IMG/VR virus record: IMGVR_UViG_3300032435_000001 | Length of the DNA stretch: 64,000 nt | Reading direction: 5' to 3' (one strand) | Source: a virus | Shown: positions 29,359-38,917 of the stretch, in pieces | Numbering within the stretch: position 1 is the stretch's first letter | Layout of the letters: every line of letters starts with the position of its first letter | Program-made: the position numbers and the translations under genes | Notes under the pieces: generated by a model | Told to the model about the DNA's origin: nothing | Databases searched by the model: none | Seen by the model: only the letters and a program-made list of their open reading frames with translations

Positions 29359-30387
29359 ATGGGATTACCTAATGGTTTTAAAAAAAATATTAAAATATCA
29401 CCACAGAAAGTTGGACCTGAAAGGAGACAAGAGATTTTAAGTGATATAGCTAATAAAGGTACTTATTTACCAGAAGGTATTAACTATGAGGATATGGATG
29501 AGGCTTTCGTTAAGTACATTAAGGATGAATTTAATGTAACCGTTAATGGTGAGGAAGTTCCAGTTTTATTCTTAACAATACAAAGATGGGCTGAGTTTAG
29601 TAAGACTTGGAAATTTACCGATTCTAATAAAGACATTAAGTTACCATTTATTAGTATAGTTAGAAAACCAAATATTCAAGTGGGTACCAATCAAGTTGGT
29701 TTCTACAACATACCAGGTCGAAGAACCTACACATATGTTAAAGTACCAACTTTTAAAGGTGGGAGAAATGGTATGGATGTGTATAAGATACCACAACCAA
29801 CCTCAGTAGATGTTGGTTATGAGGTTAGGTTATTCTGTAATAGAATGTCAGATTTAAATATATTAAACTCTAAGATGCACTTAAAATATCAATCTATACA
29901 ACATTATATAAATATAAAAGGCCACCCAATACCAACCGTTTTGGAAGAAGTGGGTGATGAAAGTCCAATTGAAGATTTTGAGAATAGGCGTTTTTACGTT
30001 CAGTTATTTGAAATACTAATGATGGGTTATATTTTAAATGAGGATGATTATGAGGTTGTACCAGCATTTAATAGAGCCGTATTACTAAATGAATTAGTTG
30101 AAGGTAGAGTGTTACCTAGATTTAAAACTAGTAAGGATGGAGCGTCTACTGTTTACGAGTTTATATTTAAATGTGAGACAATAAATGATTTTAATTTTAC
30201 TGCAACGCAAAATATTGATTTTTATGCTGTAACTGACGCTAAGAATATTGATTGTATCGATTATTACGTTAATAACGTTAAACTTGATTTACCATTTTCA
30301 ATTGTTAGTGGTGATTCTGTGTATATAGTTATAGAAAGAGATTCAAATAATGAAAGTAAATTTAAATTAATTGGTACTAATGAATAA
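29359..30387 (+). CDS. tail terminator/sheath stabiliser (gp15-like)
   Basis: VPVLFLTIQRW, KLPFISIVR and PQPTSVDVGYEVRLF. Confidence 0.65.
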   Translation: MGLPNGFKKNIKISPQKVGPERRQEILSDIANKGTYLPEGINYEDMDEAFVKYIKDEFNVTVNGEEVPVLFLTIQRWAEFSKTWKFTDSNKDIKLPFISIVRKPNIQVGTNQVGFYNIPGRRTYTYVKVPTFKGGRNGMDVYKIPQPTSVDVGYEVRLFCNRMSDLNILNSKMHLKYQSIQHYINIKGHPIPTVLEEVGDESPIEDFENRRFYVQLFEILMMGYILNEDDYEVVPAFNRAVLLNELVEGRVLPRFKTSKDGASTVYEFIFKCETINDFNFTATQNIDFYAVTDAKNIDCIDYYVNNVKLDLPFSIVSGDSVYIVIERDSNNESKFKLIGTNE

Positions 30388-30784
30388 AATTTTTATTATT
30401 GATAATTGTAACTTACCAGCACCAACGGATATTTGCCCAATAAAAGCGAATAGTATAACCGCATGTGATAGTGATAATAGTATATTATTAACTAGCGGTG
30501 CTACTATATTCAATAAAACAATTATAATTGAAGACATAACAATAAACGGTAGTTTAAATACCGATATAATACCTAAAATTAATGACACGTTAGAGTTAGG
30601 TAGCCCAATAAAAAGATTTAGAGGTATAAACACATATAGTGGTACTACCACAATATGGAATGTAAATGAGGTTGTTAACACACCAGAAGTAAATTTAGGT
30701 GTGGACTCGTTAGGTATTTCTAGGGTTTTGAACGCTAATAACTCAATATTAGAAAACGATTATTTAATTGGTGGTACTTATTAA
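30371..30784 (+). CDS. short fibre connector protein
   Basis: DIIPKINDTLELGSPIKRFRGI fibre motif; C-terminal LIGGTY. Confidence 0.6.
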   Translation: MVLMNKIFIIDNCNLPAPTDICPIKANSITACDSDNSILLTSGATIFNKTIIIEDITINGSLNTDIIPKINDTLELGSPIKRFRGINTYSGTTTIWNVNEVVNTPEVNLGVDSLGISRVLNANNSILENDYLIGGTY

Positions 30785-30817
30785 TAATGATAATATATTT
30801 ATATAAAAATAGAATAA

Positions 30818-32044
30818 ATGGGAATTAGAAACGCTAAATTAATTATTAAAAATAGTGATATCGTAAATAGACCTTTACCATCAACATTATTAGCTGGTGA
30901 GGCTATTGTAAACACTGCCGAAGGTATAATGTACTTATCAGGTGTGACGACATCTACGAATAATTGGACACCAGCTGGTGTTGGTCCTAACGCCAATTTC
31001 TTTGAGGTAGGTTCCAACCTTTATGACTTACAACTTAGAAATAAGATAACTAAATATGAAGGTGTTAGTGGTAGTGGTTTAGTAGATAAAATCTTAATTG
31101 GTACTGCTAATGGTTTTGTTCTAAATGATATATCAAACATTGGTGATTTAATTGATTCATATATAAGTGGTGGTACTTTTAGTAATACAACAAAGATATT
31201 AACCTTAACATCTAATTTAGGGAAACCAGATGTTAATATTGGTGGGTTTGTAGATACTTTCACAACTGGTAGTACCCTAGTTGGTAATCAATTATCATTT
31301 GATACCAATACCACTTTAAGTGCTTACACAGTTGATTTATCCAACTTAGCAACAGTTGATACATATGTAACTAGTTTAACTTACAATAACAGTTTACTAA
31401 CCTTAAATCAAAATCAAGGGCAAACACCTTTAAATATAGTAATTGACTCTGTGTCGGGTTTAACCGTTGGGAATTTAGTTAATGGTAGAGTTGTTTATGT
31501 TGGTGCGTCAGGTAATTTAGTTGATGAAGCTGGTTTTGAATATAACCCAAATACCAATACATTTTTAGCTGGTAATATTATCACTTCAACAACTGGATTT
31601 GCAAATGTAGGTGATGGTGGTTTAGTAGTTGGTTCTGGTGGTAGTCCTACCAACCCAGGGGTTGGTAATGTTGTTATTCATGGTAATTTAACTATTTTTG
31701 GTGATGCGATTACTGCATCAACTAGTGAGTTATACATTGAGGATAATAGAATTACTTTAAATTACAACCCAACAACTAACACTAATATTAGTTCATTAGG
31801 TTCTGGGTTTGAGATTCAAGATGGTGATGGTAATAGTAGTATGCTTACATTTAAAGTAGCGGAACTTAACACTTTTAATAATATTGAATACCCATCAAAC
31901 ATTGGTGCTAGTAATAGAAGTTATTACACTAATTTGAATGATATTATAATTAGACAAGTAACGGACACATCATCCCCAACAGTTGGTAATATAGGTAAAA
32001 GAGTGTTGGCTGAGGATGACGTTTTAGATGGTGGTGGTTATTAG
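30818..32044 (+). CDS. tail fibre protein (proximal/middle segment)
   Basis: N-terminal IKNS...RPLPSTLLAGEAIVNTAEG; IEDNRITLN; C-terminal VLDGGGY; late motif at 30796-30802. Confidence 0.7.
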   Translation: MGIRNAKLIIKNSDIVNRPLPSTLLAGEAIVNTAEGIMYLSGVTTSTNNWTPAGVGPNANFFEVGSNLYDLQLRNKITKYEGVSGSGLVDKILIGTANGFVLNDISNIGDLIDSYISGGTFSNTTKILTLTSNLGKPDVNIGGFVDTFTTGSTLVGNQLSFDTNTTLSAYTVDLSNLATVDTYVTSLTYNNSLLTLNQNQGQTPLNIVIDSVSGLTVGNLVNGRVVYVGASGNLVDEAGFEYNPNTNTFLAGNIITSTTGFANVGDGGLVVGSGGSPTNPGVGNVVIHGNLTIFGDAITASTSELYIEDNRITLNYNPTTNTNISSLGSGFEIQDGDGNSSMLTFKVAELNTFNNIEYPSNIGASNRSYYTNLNDIIIRQVTDTSSPTVGNIGKRVLAEDDVLDGGGY

Positions 32045-32111
32045 TGAATTAAATATAGGATAACCTTTATTTTATACATATAATTAATAATATAAATGAA
32101 TAACGTAATAT

Positions 32112-32132
32112 ACCCTAATATTAGGGTTTTTT
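32112..32132 (+). terminator. probable intrinsic terminator
   Basis: ACCCTAATATTAGGGT followed by a T-tract. Confidence 0.55.
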
Positions 32133-32169
32133 AAATCAATACCATATATATGGTTATAATTAACACGAT

Positions 32170-32203
32170 TAATTATTTAGAAGAACATAACTCTAAATAA
32201 TTA
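32170..32203 (+). promoter_or_regulatory. 12-bp hairpin covering the translation start of 32203
   Basis: TAATTATTTAGA...TCTAAATAATTA, where the last A is the A of ATG. Confidence 0.5.
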
Positions 32204-33069
32204 TGGGAAAGAGAAATAATATATTTTTATTAAAAAGGTCTAACACACCTAATAAGGTACCCATCGTTGGTGATTTATTATTGGGTGAGTTGGCTTTAAA
32301 TACCGCTGATGCTATACTTTATACATCGGGCTCAACATCAAACACCATCCGACCAATAGGGTGGGATAGAATAAGTAGAAACGGTGATACGATGAATGGT
32401 AATTTAACCGTAAATGGGTCAATTAGTGGGACAACTTATTATGGTGATGGTTCAAATTTAACTGGTGTAAACGCAACAGTATCCTTGATAAGAAAACAAT
32501 TTGACTACTTGGGGGTACAATCTTTTACGTTAGACACAAACTATTCACAAGTATACTCGATTGAGGTAAATGGTGGTGGTTCATTAAAAACAGACCAATA
32601 CACTCTTAATGGTACAAATGGGTTTACTATCTTAGATACTTTAGATGTTAATGATTACATTGTGGTGATATATTCCGCAAATGTTTTAGGTGTAGTTCCT
32701 TATTATAGTCAAGCTCAAGTAGATGTGTTACTAGCAAACACACTTTTACCAATACCATACAGAAGTATAGTTAACCTTGGTAATGTTACGGGGGCGGTTA
32801 GTATTAACTGGAATTTAGGAGTAAAACACAAACTTAATTTAACTGGTAATATTACAATAACTCAATTAAATTTTGCAGGTTACGAGGGTCAAAAAGTACA
32901 AGAATTAGAAATTACAAGTTCAAGTCCTACACACACAATTACGTGGACTTCTGTAACACCTTCAGATTTTACGGACGCAATTAGTTTTGCAACTGCCTCA
33001 ACATTTAATAATGTATCAGTAAGACTGTTACGAGGTACTACATTTCAATCAAATAATATAGTAAGATAA
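32203..33069 (+). CDS. tail fibre protein (distal segment, T4 gp37-like N-terminus)
   Basis: LLKRSNTPNKVP..DLLLGELALNTAD; GDTMNGNLTV and YYGDGSNLTG fibre motifs. Confidence 0.75.
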   Translation: MGKRNNIFLLKRSNTPNKVPIVGDLLLGELALNTADAILYTSGSTSNTIRPIGWDRISRNGDTMNGNLTVNGSISGTTYYGDGSNLTGVNATVSLIRKQFDYLGVQSFTLDTNYSQVYSIEVNGGGSLKTDQYTLNGTNGFTILDTLDVNDYIVVIYSANVLGVVPYYSQAQVDVLLANTLLPIPYRSIVNLGNVTGAVSINWNLGVKHKLNLTGNITITQLNFAGYEGQKVQELEITSSSPTHTITWTSVTPSDFTDAISFATASTFNNVSVRLLRGTTFQSNNIVR

Positions 33070-33896
33070 TGGGAAGCTTCGGAAATAAAATGGTGGCGTT
33101 TAGTGGTAAAAAATTACTACTTGATACTTATGGGGGTGCAAGACTTGCCTACTCATTACGTAGTTTAAAAGGGACAACGGGGTCAGTTGTGCGAGTCCGT
33201 AGAAGTAGCGATAATGTAGAACAAGATTTTAATGAAAAAGAAATCACCAATGGCACTTTACTATCTTTTGTTGGAGGTGGTAATGGTTTTGTTACAATAT
33301 GGTACGACCAAAGTGGAAATGGTAAAAATGGTACACAAACACTAATAGATAGACAACCAAGAATTGTTAATAATGGTGTTTTGGTTCAAGATAATGGTCA
33401 ACCTGCATTATCATTTGATGGTGTTAACGACCATTTTGTAACTGACGAATCTTTTACACCCAACGGATATAGTTTTGTTGTTTATAATTGTGCTGTAGAC
33501 ACTTTTTTAATAGTATTAGGTTGTAGTGCTGCACCCTTTAGATATTTAATTAGAAGCCCTAATGGTGGTGGTGGACATATTTACCAATATTATGCAAATA
33601 CATTAACATTGAGAAACAGTAATGGTACTTCTTTAATTAATACTCAATACATTACTTATATTGAAAAAGACCACACATCAAATACAAATTTAATTAGAAG
33701 TAATAATGATAATTCAATTGTCACTAATGTAACAGCACCAAATGGTGGCGTTGGTAATATTAGAATTGGTATTGAAGGTCCATCCTCAGTTAGTTTTAAT
33801 GGTACGATGCAGGAAATTGTTATTTTTGGAGCGAGACAGAATTTAACATTAGACGCTATAATGAATAATCTTAATAATAAATACAACGCATTTTAA
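33069..33896 (+). CDS. LamG/concanavalin-like (AbfB-related) putative receptor-binding protein
   Basis: AYSLRSL, VRVRRSSDN, GFVTIWYDQSGNG, FDGVND and FNGTMQEIVIF. Confidence 0.75.
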   Translation: MGSFGNKMVAFSGKKLLLDTYGGARLAYSLRSLKGTTGSVVRVRRSSDNVEQDFNEKEITNGTLLSFVGGGNGFVTIWYDQSGNGKNGTQTLIDRQPRIVNNGVLVQDNGQPALSFDGVNDHFVTDESFTPNGYSFVVYNCAVDTFLIVLGCSAAPFRYLIRSPNGGGGHIYQYYANTLTLRNSNGTSLINTQYITYIEKDHTSNTNLIRSNNDNSIVTNVTAPNGGVGNIRIGIEGPSSVSFNGTMQEIVIFGARQNLTLDAIMNNLNNKYNAF

Positions 33897-34376
33897 ATGA
33901 AGGCAATACAAATTAATAACGAGTGGCAAATATTTCAAACTTTACCAACTTCTTGGAATAATAAGATGCCTTATAACGCAATAGAGGAGGGTTTTAAGGA
34001 CGTTGTAAATCCAAGTGTAACCAACTTACAAAAATTAGGCTCGATGGTTTTTGACACTGAAAATGACGTTCTAACCTATACCATAATTGATAAAACAGAA
34101 GAAGAAATTTATAGTGAAACTTTGGCAAATGCTTCAACAGTTACAGCCATTCAATTCTTAACACAATTAGAATTAATCGGAATAACGCAAGACGCTATTT
34201 TGCAAATAATTGAAACATTAGAAGCTCCGAATAATACAATTGCTAAAATTAGCTTTTTAAGGGCCACATCATTTGATAGAGATAATCCACTTATGTATTT
34301 AGTTGGGTTAGCTTTTGGTAAGTCTGAGTTAGAATTGGATGGTATATTTATAAATGCAAAAAACTTAATGATATAA
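33897..34376 (+). CDS. tail fibre assembly/chaperone-like protein
   Basis: TVTAIQFLTQL...ATSFDRDNPLM...ELDGIF pattern; follows fibre genes. Confidence 0.5.
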   Translation: MKAIQINNEWQIFQTLPTSWNNKMPYNAIEEGFKDVVNPSVTNLQKLGSMVFDTENDVLTYTIIDKTEEEIYSETLANASTVTAIQFLTQLELIGITQDAILQIIETLEAPNNTIAKISFLRATSFDRDNPLMYLVGLAFGKSELELDGIFINAKNLMI

Positions 34377-34466
34377 TATAAAGTACATAATAGAATTTAC
34401 AAATATAGTAACACCAGTTAATCCGAAACACAGTTTTTACGGATATTAATAAAAACATAAATAAAA

Positions 34467-34982
34467 ATGGAAAGTAGACATAAAATACAAAAAGGTCAAT
34501 TAGAATTAAGTTCTAAACAAAATACATTAATAGCAGGTAATGGTATATCTATTATTAATAATACAATTAGTACAAGTGGTGGTGGTAACGCAACAGTTGA
34601 TAATTTCTATTACCAAATTTCAAATTCAGTTGATACTAGACCAGTGTTTTCAGATGCAAACGTAACTATTAATTGGGATGAAACAGGTAACGATATTGAA
34701 TTCGTAATGAAAGTGGACCCTGTTGGGTCTGGTGATATGCGAAGTATAGCTTATGTAGTTGGTGGGTCATCACGGTCATCACGGTCATCACAATCTACCT
34801 CAATTACTACACTTAACTTCATATACAAAATATTTGATTTTGGTGTGGCTGCTGGTGATAGAATGGAAGCATTTGTTTCCGCTGAGAATGACGTAAATTA
34901 CCCTGCTTATCATATTACTGTTTATAATACGGGGGAATCGTATTTAAACACTATTTGGATTCAAAGAATCAAAATAAATTAA
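34467..34982 (+). CDS. hypothetical fibre-associated protein
   Basis: KQNTLIAGNGISIINNTIS fibre-type motif; SSRSSRSS from a 9-nt triplication. Confidence 0.55.
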   Translation: MESRHKIQKGQLELSSKQNTLIAGNGISIINNTISTSGGGNATVDNFYYQISNSVDTRPVFSDANVTINWDETGNDIEFVMKVDPVGSGDMRSIAYVVGGSSRSSRSSQSTSITTLNFIYKIFDFGVAAGDRMEAFVSAENDVNYPAYHITVYNTGESYLNTIWIQRIKIN

Positions 34983-35041
34983 AATATTAAAACGGTGGTG
35001 AGTTATAATACATTACATATATTTAAAACAAAAAAAAAAAG

Positions 35042-35509
35042 ATGTTAGGTAGTAAAAGTGATTTTTTTCATTCAGATGAGGATATTTTAATTAAGACAAG
35101 GAATTTCATGATTTATTTTTTAAAAATGCATAAGACAAAAAAGGGTGTGATTAATTTATATCTTGAGGCTTACGAATATTTTATTTTAAATCCAAATGAG
35201 TTTGATGGTGCTACGTTATCGAAAGATATTAAGGTAATACCTAATTTAGACATATGGGCCATGTTACATGACTATTTATATATTAAATATAATATAGCGG
35301 TTAATTGGAAATTAAAGTATTATGGTGACGTTATATACGCTTTAGAGATGGAGAGACTTGGAATTTCATATGGTACTACTTGGGGTAGGTTCATTTTATT
35401 AGTGTTAAGTCAAATAATTTTCACACCATATCAATTATTAAAAGGTAAGAGAATGGATAGTGAGCAAAAAAGTGGGTTTATGAATATAATTAAAAAATTT
35501 AAAAATTAG
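35042..35509 (+). CDS. DUF1353-like protein
   Basis: FDGAT...AMLHDYLY...DVIYALEMERLGIS with a hydrophobic C-terminal helix. Confidence 0.55.
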   Translation: MLGSKSDFFHSDEDILIKTRNFMIYFLKMHKTKKGVINLYLEAYEYFILNPNEFDGATLSKDIKVIPNLDIWAMLHDYLYIKYNIAVNWKLKYYGDVIYALEMERLGISYGTTWGRFILLVLSQIIFTPYQLLKGKRMDSEQKSGFMNIIKKFKN

Positions 35510-35514
35510 AAAGA

Positions 35515-35928
35515 ATGATAGTAATTAGAACAACTGAAAAAATTAATTGGGGAGGTCGTAATCCATTTATAAATAACGTTATTGAAATAGAGATGAGTGA
35601 AATCCTTAGGGATTCATCTTCAATAACATTTAACATCACTGATAGGGTGATTATCGACACACCTGTGGATAGTTTGATACCAAGTAGGGGTAGTTTAGTC
35701 ATTAATAATAAAAGAGTCATTATAACTGTTAGTGAGTACAACAACTTATTTCAATTAGCGGATGATTATATTAAAATTAATAACCCAGATTTAAGCATTT
35801 TTAATAGAGAAGCTTTAAGACCATCAATCGCACTTTTATTGTATTTCCAAAACGATAAAATTATGGATGAATCAAATAATGAGTTTTGTTTATATGGTAC
35901 CACACCTAATCAGTGGGAAGTTAAATAA
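35515..35928 (+). CDS. hypothetical protein
   Basis: ORF in operon context. Confidence 0.65.
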   Translation: MIVIRTTEKINWGGRNPFINNVIEIEMSEILRDSSSITFNITDRVIIDTPVDSLIPSRGSLVINNKRVIITVSEYNNLFQLADDYIKINNPDLSIFNREALRPSIALLLYFQNDKIMDESNNEFCLYGTTPNQWEVK

Positions 35929-36078
35929 TAAGGTTTGTTATAATTATCATAATTTAAAAATCTTATATTATCTCACATTTTAAAGATTAACGGACATTAT
36001 AAGATACTTTACTAAATAAATCTATATTTATAATTAAATAACTAAATATAATACAAGTAAAAAAAATTAAGTAAATAG

Positions 36079-38868
36079 ATGGCACAAAATAGAGTATTCG
36101 TAAGTCCAGGTGTATACACATCCGAAAAAGATTTAACATTTGTAACTCGTCAAGTTGGGGTAACAACACTTGGTTTAGTTGGTGAAACCACTAAAGGTCC
36201 AGCTTTCCAACCAATATTTTTATCAGATTATGGTGAATTCACGTCATTTTTTGGTGCTTTGGACGCTAGGAAAGTAAAGGAAACTGGTAATGCACAATAT
36301 GAATTACCTTATGTTGCTAAATCTTTTTTATCTAAATCAAACCAATTATATGTTACCAGAGTGTTAGGTTTTTCTGGTTATAACGCTGGTAAATCATGGG
36401 GTATAACATTGGACGCTTCATTAGACCCAAGTACTATTGTTTTGGGTGCAAGTGATGTTCCATTTACATTGGGTTTCACTGGTTCATTTAGTGCTAACAC
36501 AATATCATTAATTTCTAGTGATTCTAACGTTCAAAACATTATTGATTCTGGTTTAATTAATACATCATTAGTTACCTTATTAGGTTCTAATGTTGGTGAT
36601 GAATTAGAAATATCACAAACTTTCTTAAAGGGGGTTGGTAATATTTTTAATGGTTCAGAATTCTCATTAGGAGTAACAGCAGTTGGTATTGTTGGTGATG
36701 ATGTAAGTGGTACAACATCTGGTTTAACAACAAATTACTCAGCAACTGGTTATGCTGATGTGGAGAATAAGGTTGTTGCTTTATTGAGAAGTAGAGCTAG
36801 ATATAATGGTGATGAAGAATTAAAATTTGAAATTACAAATCAAAGTGATTTATTGATAAATACTTCGATTACCCAAGCTGAAAATAACCCTTTGGGTAAT
36901 TTAGTGTTAAGTGGTACATCCATTTTAAATGGTTTTACATCTAAGGGAGATTTCAATTATGAAATTTCATTTGATAAGACAAAAAGAAATTACATTACAA
37001 GGGTATTAAGTAAGGAAGTTAAAGATGGTAATACACCTATTTTTGTTGAGGAGATATTTGAAAACATGTTTAGTGATTTAGTTAACGCTGATAAAGTTAA
37101 AGGTATTAAATTAGCTTTAGTTGATTATGAAACTGATTTTGTTAATTATAAAACGGAGTTCTCACCAGCTATAACACCTTATATTTTATCTGAAGTTAGA
37201 GGTAATAAGATATTTAAATTATTTAGATTTATAACAATTTCAGATGGTAATACAGCTAATCAAGAGATTAAAATATCTATTAGTAATATTAAGCCAGACG
37301 ATAAAGAATTTGATGTATTAATTAGAAGCTTTTTCGACACTGACGCAAATCCAATTATATTAGAGAGATTCTCAAAATGTACTATGGACCCTAATAGACC
37401 TAATTTTATAGCTAGGAAAATTGGTACGACTGATGGTTATTACCAATCAAGGTCTAAATTCTTATTGGTTGAAATGAATGAGGATGATGATATTAGAGAT
37501 ACATTCCCAGCTGGTTTTGATGGTGTTTTAACTAGAGATTATGGTACTGCATTAGCTCCAAATATAGAGTATAAAAAAGCTTATACAAACGTTGAGAATA
37601 AACGTAAGGCCTTTTTAGGATTATCTAACATTGTTGGGATTGACCAAGATTTTTTAAACTATAAAGGTGTTGATTCTAATGGCGTTGCTTTTCCTAATAA
37701 AACTAGCGCATTCCATTTAGACTCAAACGCTGTAAACGTTTTAGCTATTGATAATGAAGCGACAACATTTGAGGTTGGTGAGGCACCTTTTCAAAATGAG
37801 GCTGGTCTTGGTGGTACTGTTTATGAAAAACTATATACTCGTAAATTTACATTTGCACCATATGGTGGTTTTGATGGATGGGATATTTATAGAACAAGAA
37901 GAACTAACTTAGATTTATTCTCTAAAAACGCATCTGGTAAAGCTTTAAAAGGTATAAACCAAGGTAATTTTATTTTGAAAAGTTTAAGTAGTGGTGAGAT
38001 TGGAAATACTTCTGATTATTACGCATACTTAGAAGCTATTAGAACATTTGCTAACCCTGAATCTACGAATATTAATATATTTGCAACACCAGGTATTGAC
38101 ATATCCGACAATCGTAATTTAATTGAAGAAACAATTGAAATGATTGAAAGAGAAAGAGCTGATTCATTGTACATTGTAACAACACCTGATTTTGAAGGTA
38201 TGACAGCTGATGAAGCGGTTGACTTAATAGAAGATAGTGGTATTGATAGTAATTACTCTGCAACATATTGGCCATGGGTACAAGTAAATGACTCTGAGAA
38301 TAACGTTCTTATTTATTTACCACCAACTATTGATGTTGTTAAAAATATAGCTATAACTGATAATATTTCATTCCCTTGGTTTGCAGTTGCTGGAATTCAG
38401 AGAGGTGATATGGATGTTGTTAAGGCTAGAAAAAAATTAACTTTAGGTGAAAGAGACGTTCTTTATGAAGGTAGAATTAACCCAATCGCAACATTCTCTT
38501 CTGAAGGTGTTAAAATATGGGGTAATAAAACACTTCAAGTTAAAGATACAGCGTTAAACAGAATTAATGTTAGAAGACTTTTATTACAAGCTAGAAAATT
38601 AATATCAGCTGTTTCTATTAGATTATTGTTTGAACAAAATGATGATATTATTAGGAACCAATTCTTAAGCCTTGTTAACCCAATATTGGATAATATACGT
38701 TCTGAGAGAGGTTTAACCGACTTTAGAGTTGAAGTGGATAGAAGTCCTGAATCGATTGATAGAAACGAGTTAAACGGTAAAATATTCATAAAACCAACTA
38801 GAAGTTTAGAATTTATCTCAGTTGAGTTTAACATTATGAATACTGGTGCTAGTTTTGATGATGTTTAA
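36079..38868 (+). CDS. contractile tail sheath protein
   Basis: FVSPGVYTSEKD, GLVGETTKGP, ATYWPWV, PWFAVAG, RINPI, IWGNKTL, RINVRRLL, IKPTRSLEFI. Confidence 0.96.
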   Translation: MAQNRVFVSPGVYTSEKDLTFVTRQVGVTTLGLVGETTKGPAFQPIFLSDYGEFTSFFGALDARKVKETGNAQYELPYVAKSFLSKSNQLYVTRVLGFSGYNAGKSWGITLDASLDPSTIVLGASDVPFTLGFTGSFSANTISLISSDSNVQNIIDSGLINTSLVTLLGSNVGDELEISQTFLKGVGNIFNGSEFSLGVTAVGIVGDDVSGTTSGLTTNYSATGYADVENKVVALLRSRARYNGDEELKFEITNQSDLLINTSITQAENNPLGNLVLSGTSILNGFTSKGDFNYEISFDKTKRNYITRVLSKEVKDGNTPIFVEEIFENMFSDLVNADKVKGIKLALVDYETDFVNYKTEFSPAITPYILSEVRGNKIFKLFRFITISDGNTANQEIKISISNIKPDDKEFDVLIRSFFDTDANPIILERFSKCTMDPNRPNFIARKIGTTDGYYQSRSKFLLVEMNEDDDIRDTFPAGFDGVLTRDYGTALAPNIEYKKAYTNVENKRKAFLGLSNIVGIDQDFLNYKGVDSNGVAFPNKTSAFHLDSNAVNVLAIDNEATTFEVGEAPFQNEAGLGGTVYEKLYTRKFTFAPYGGFDGWDIYRTRRTNLDLFSKNASGKALKGINQGNFILKSLSSGEIGNTSDYYAYLEAIRTFANPESTNINIFATPGIDISDNRNLIEETIEMIERERADSLYIVTTPDFEGMTADEAVDLIEDSGIDSNYSATYWPWVQVNDSENNVLIYLPPTIDVVKNIAITDNISFPWFAVAGIQRGDMDVVKARKKLTLGERDVLYEGRINPIATFSSEGVKIWGNKTLQVKDTALNRINVRRLLLQARKLISAVSIRLLFEQNDDIIRNQFLSLVNPILDNIRSERGLTDFRVEVDRSPESIDRNELNGKIFIKPTRSLEFISVEFNIMNTGASFDDV

Positions 38869-38886
38869 TCTAAAATACATTATATT

Positions 38887-38917
38887 AAAAAACCCTCTAT
38901 TAATAGAGGGTTTTTTT
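38887..38917. terminator. bidirectional terminator (30-bp perfect palindrome) that contains the stop codon of the antisense endonuclease gene
   Basis: AAAAAACCCTCTATT|AATAGAGGGTTTTTT. Confidence 0.8.
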
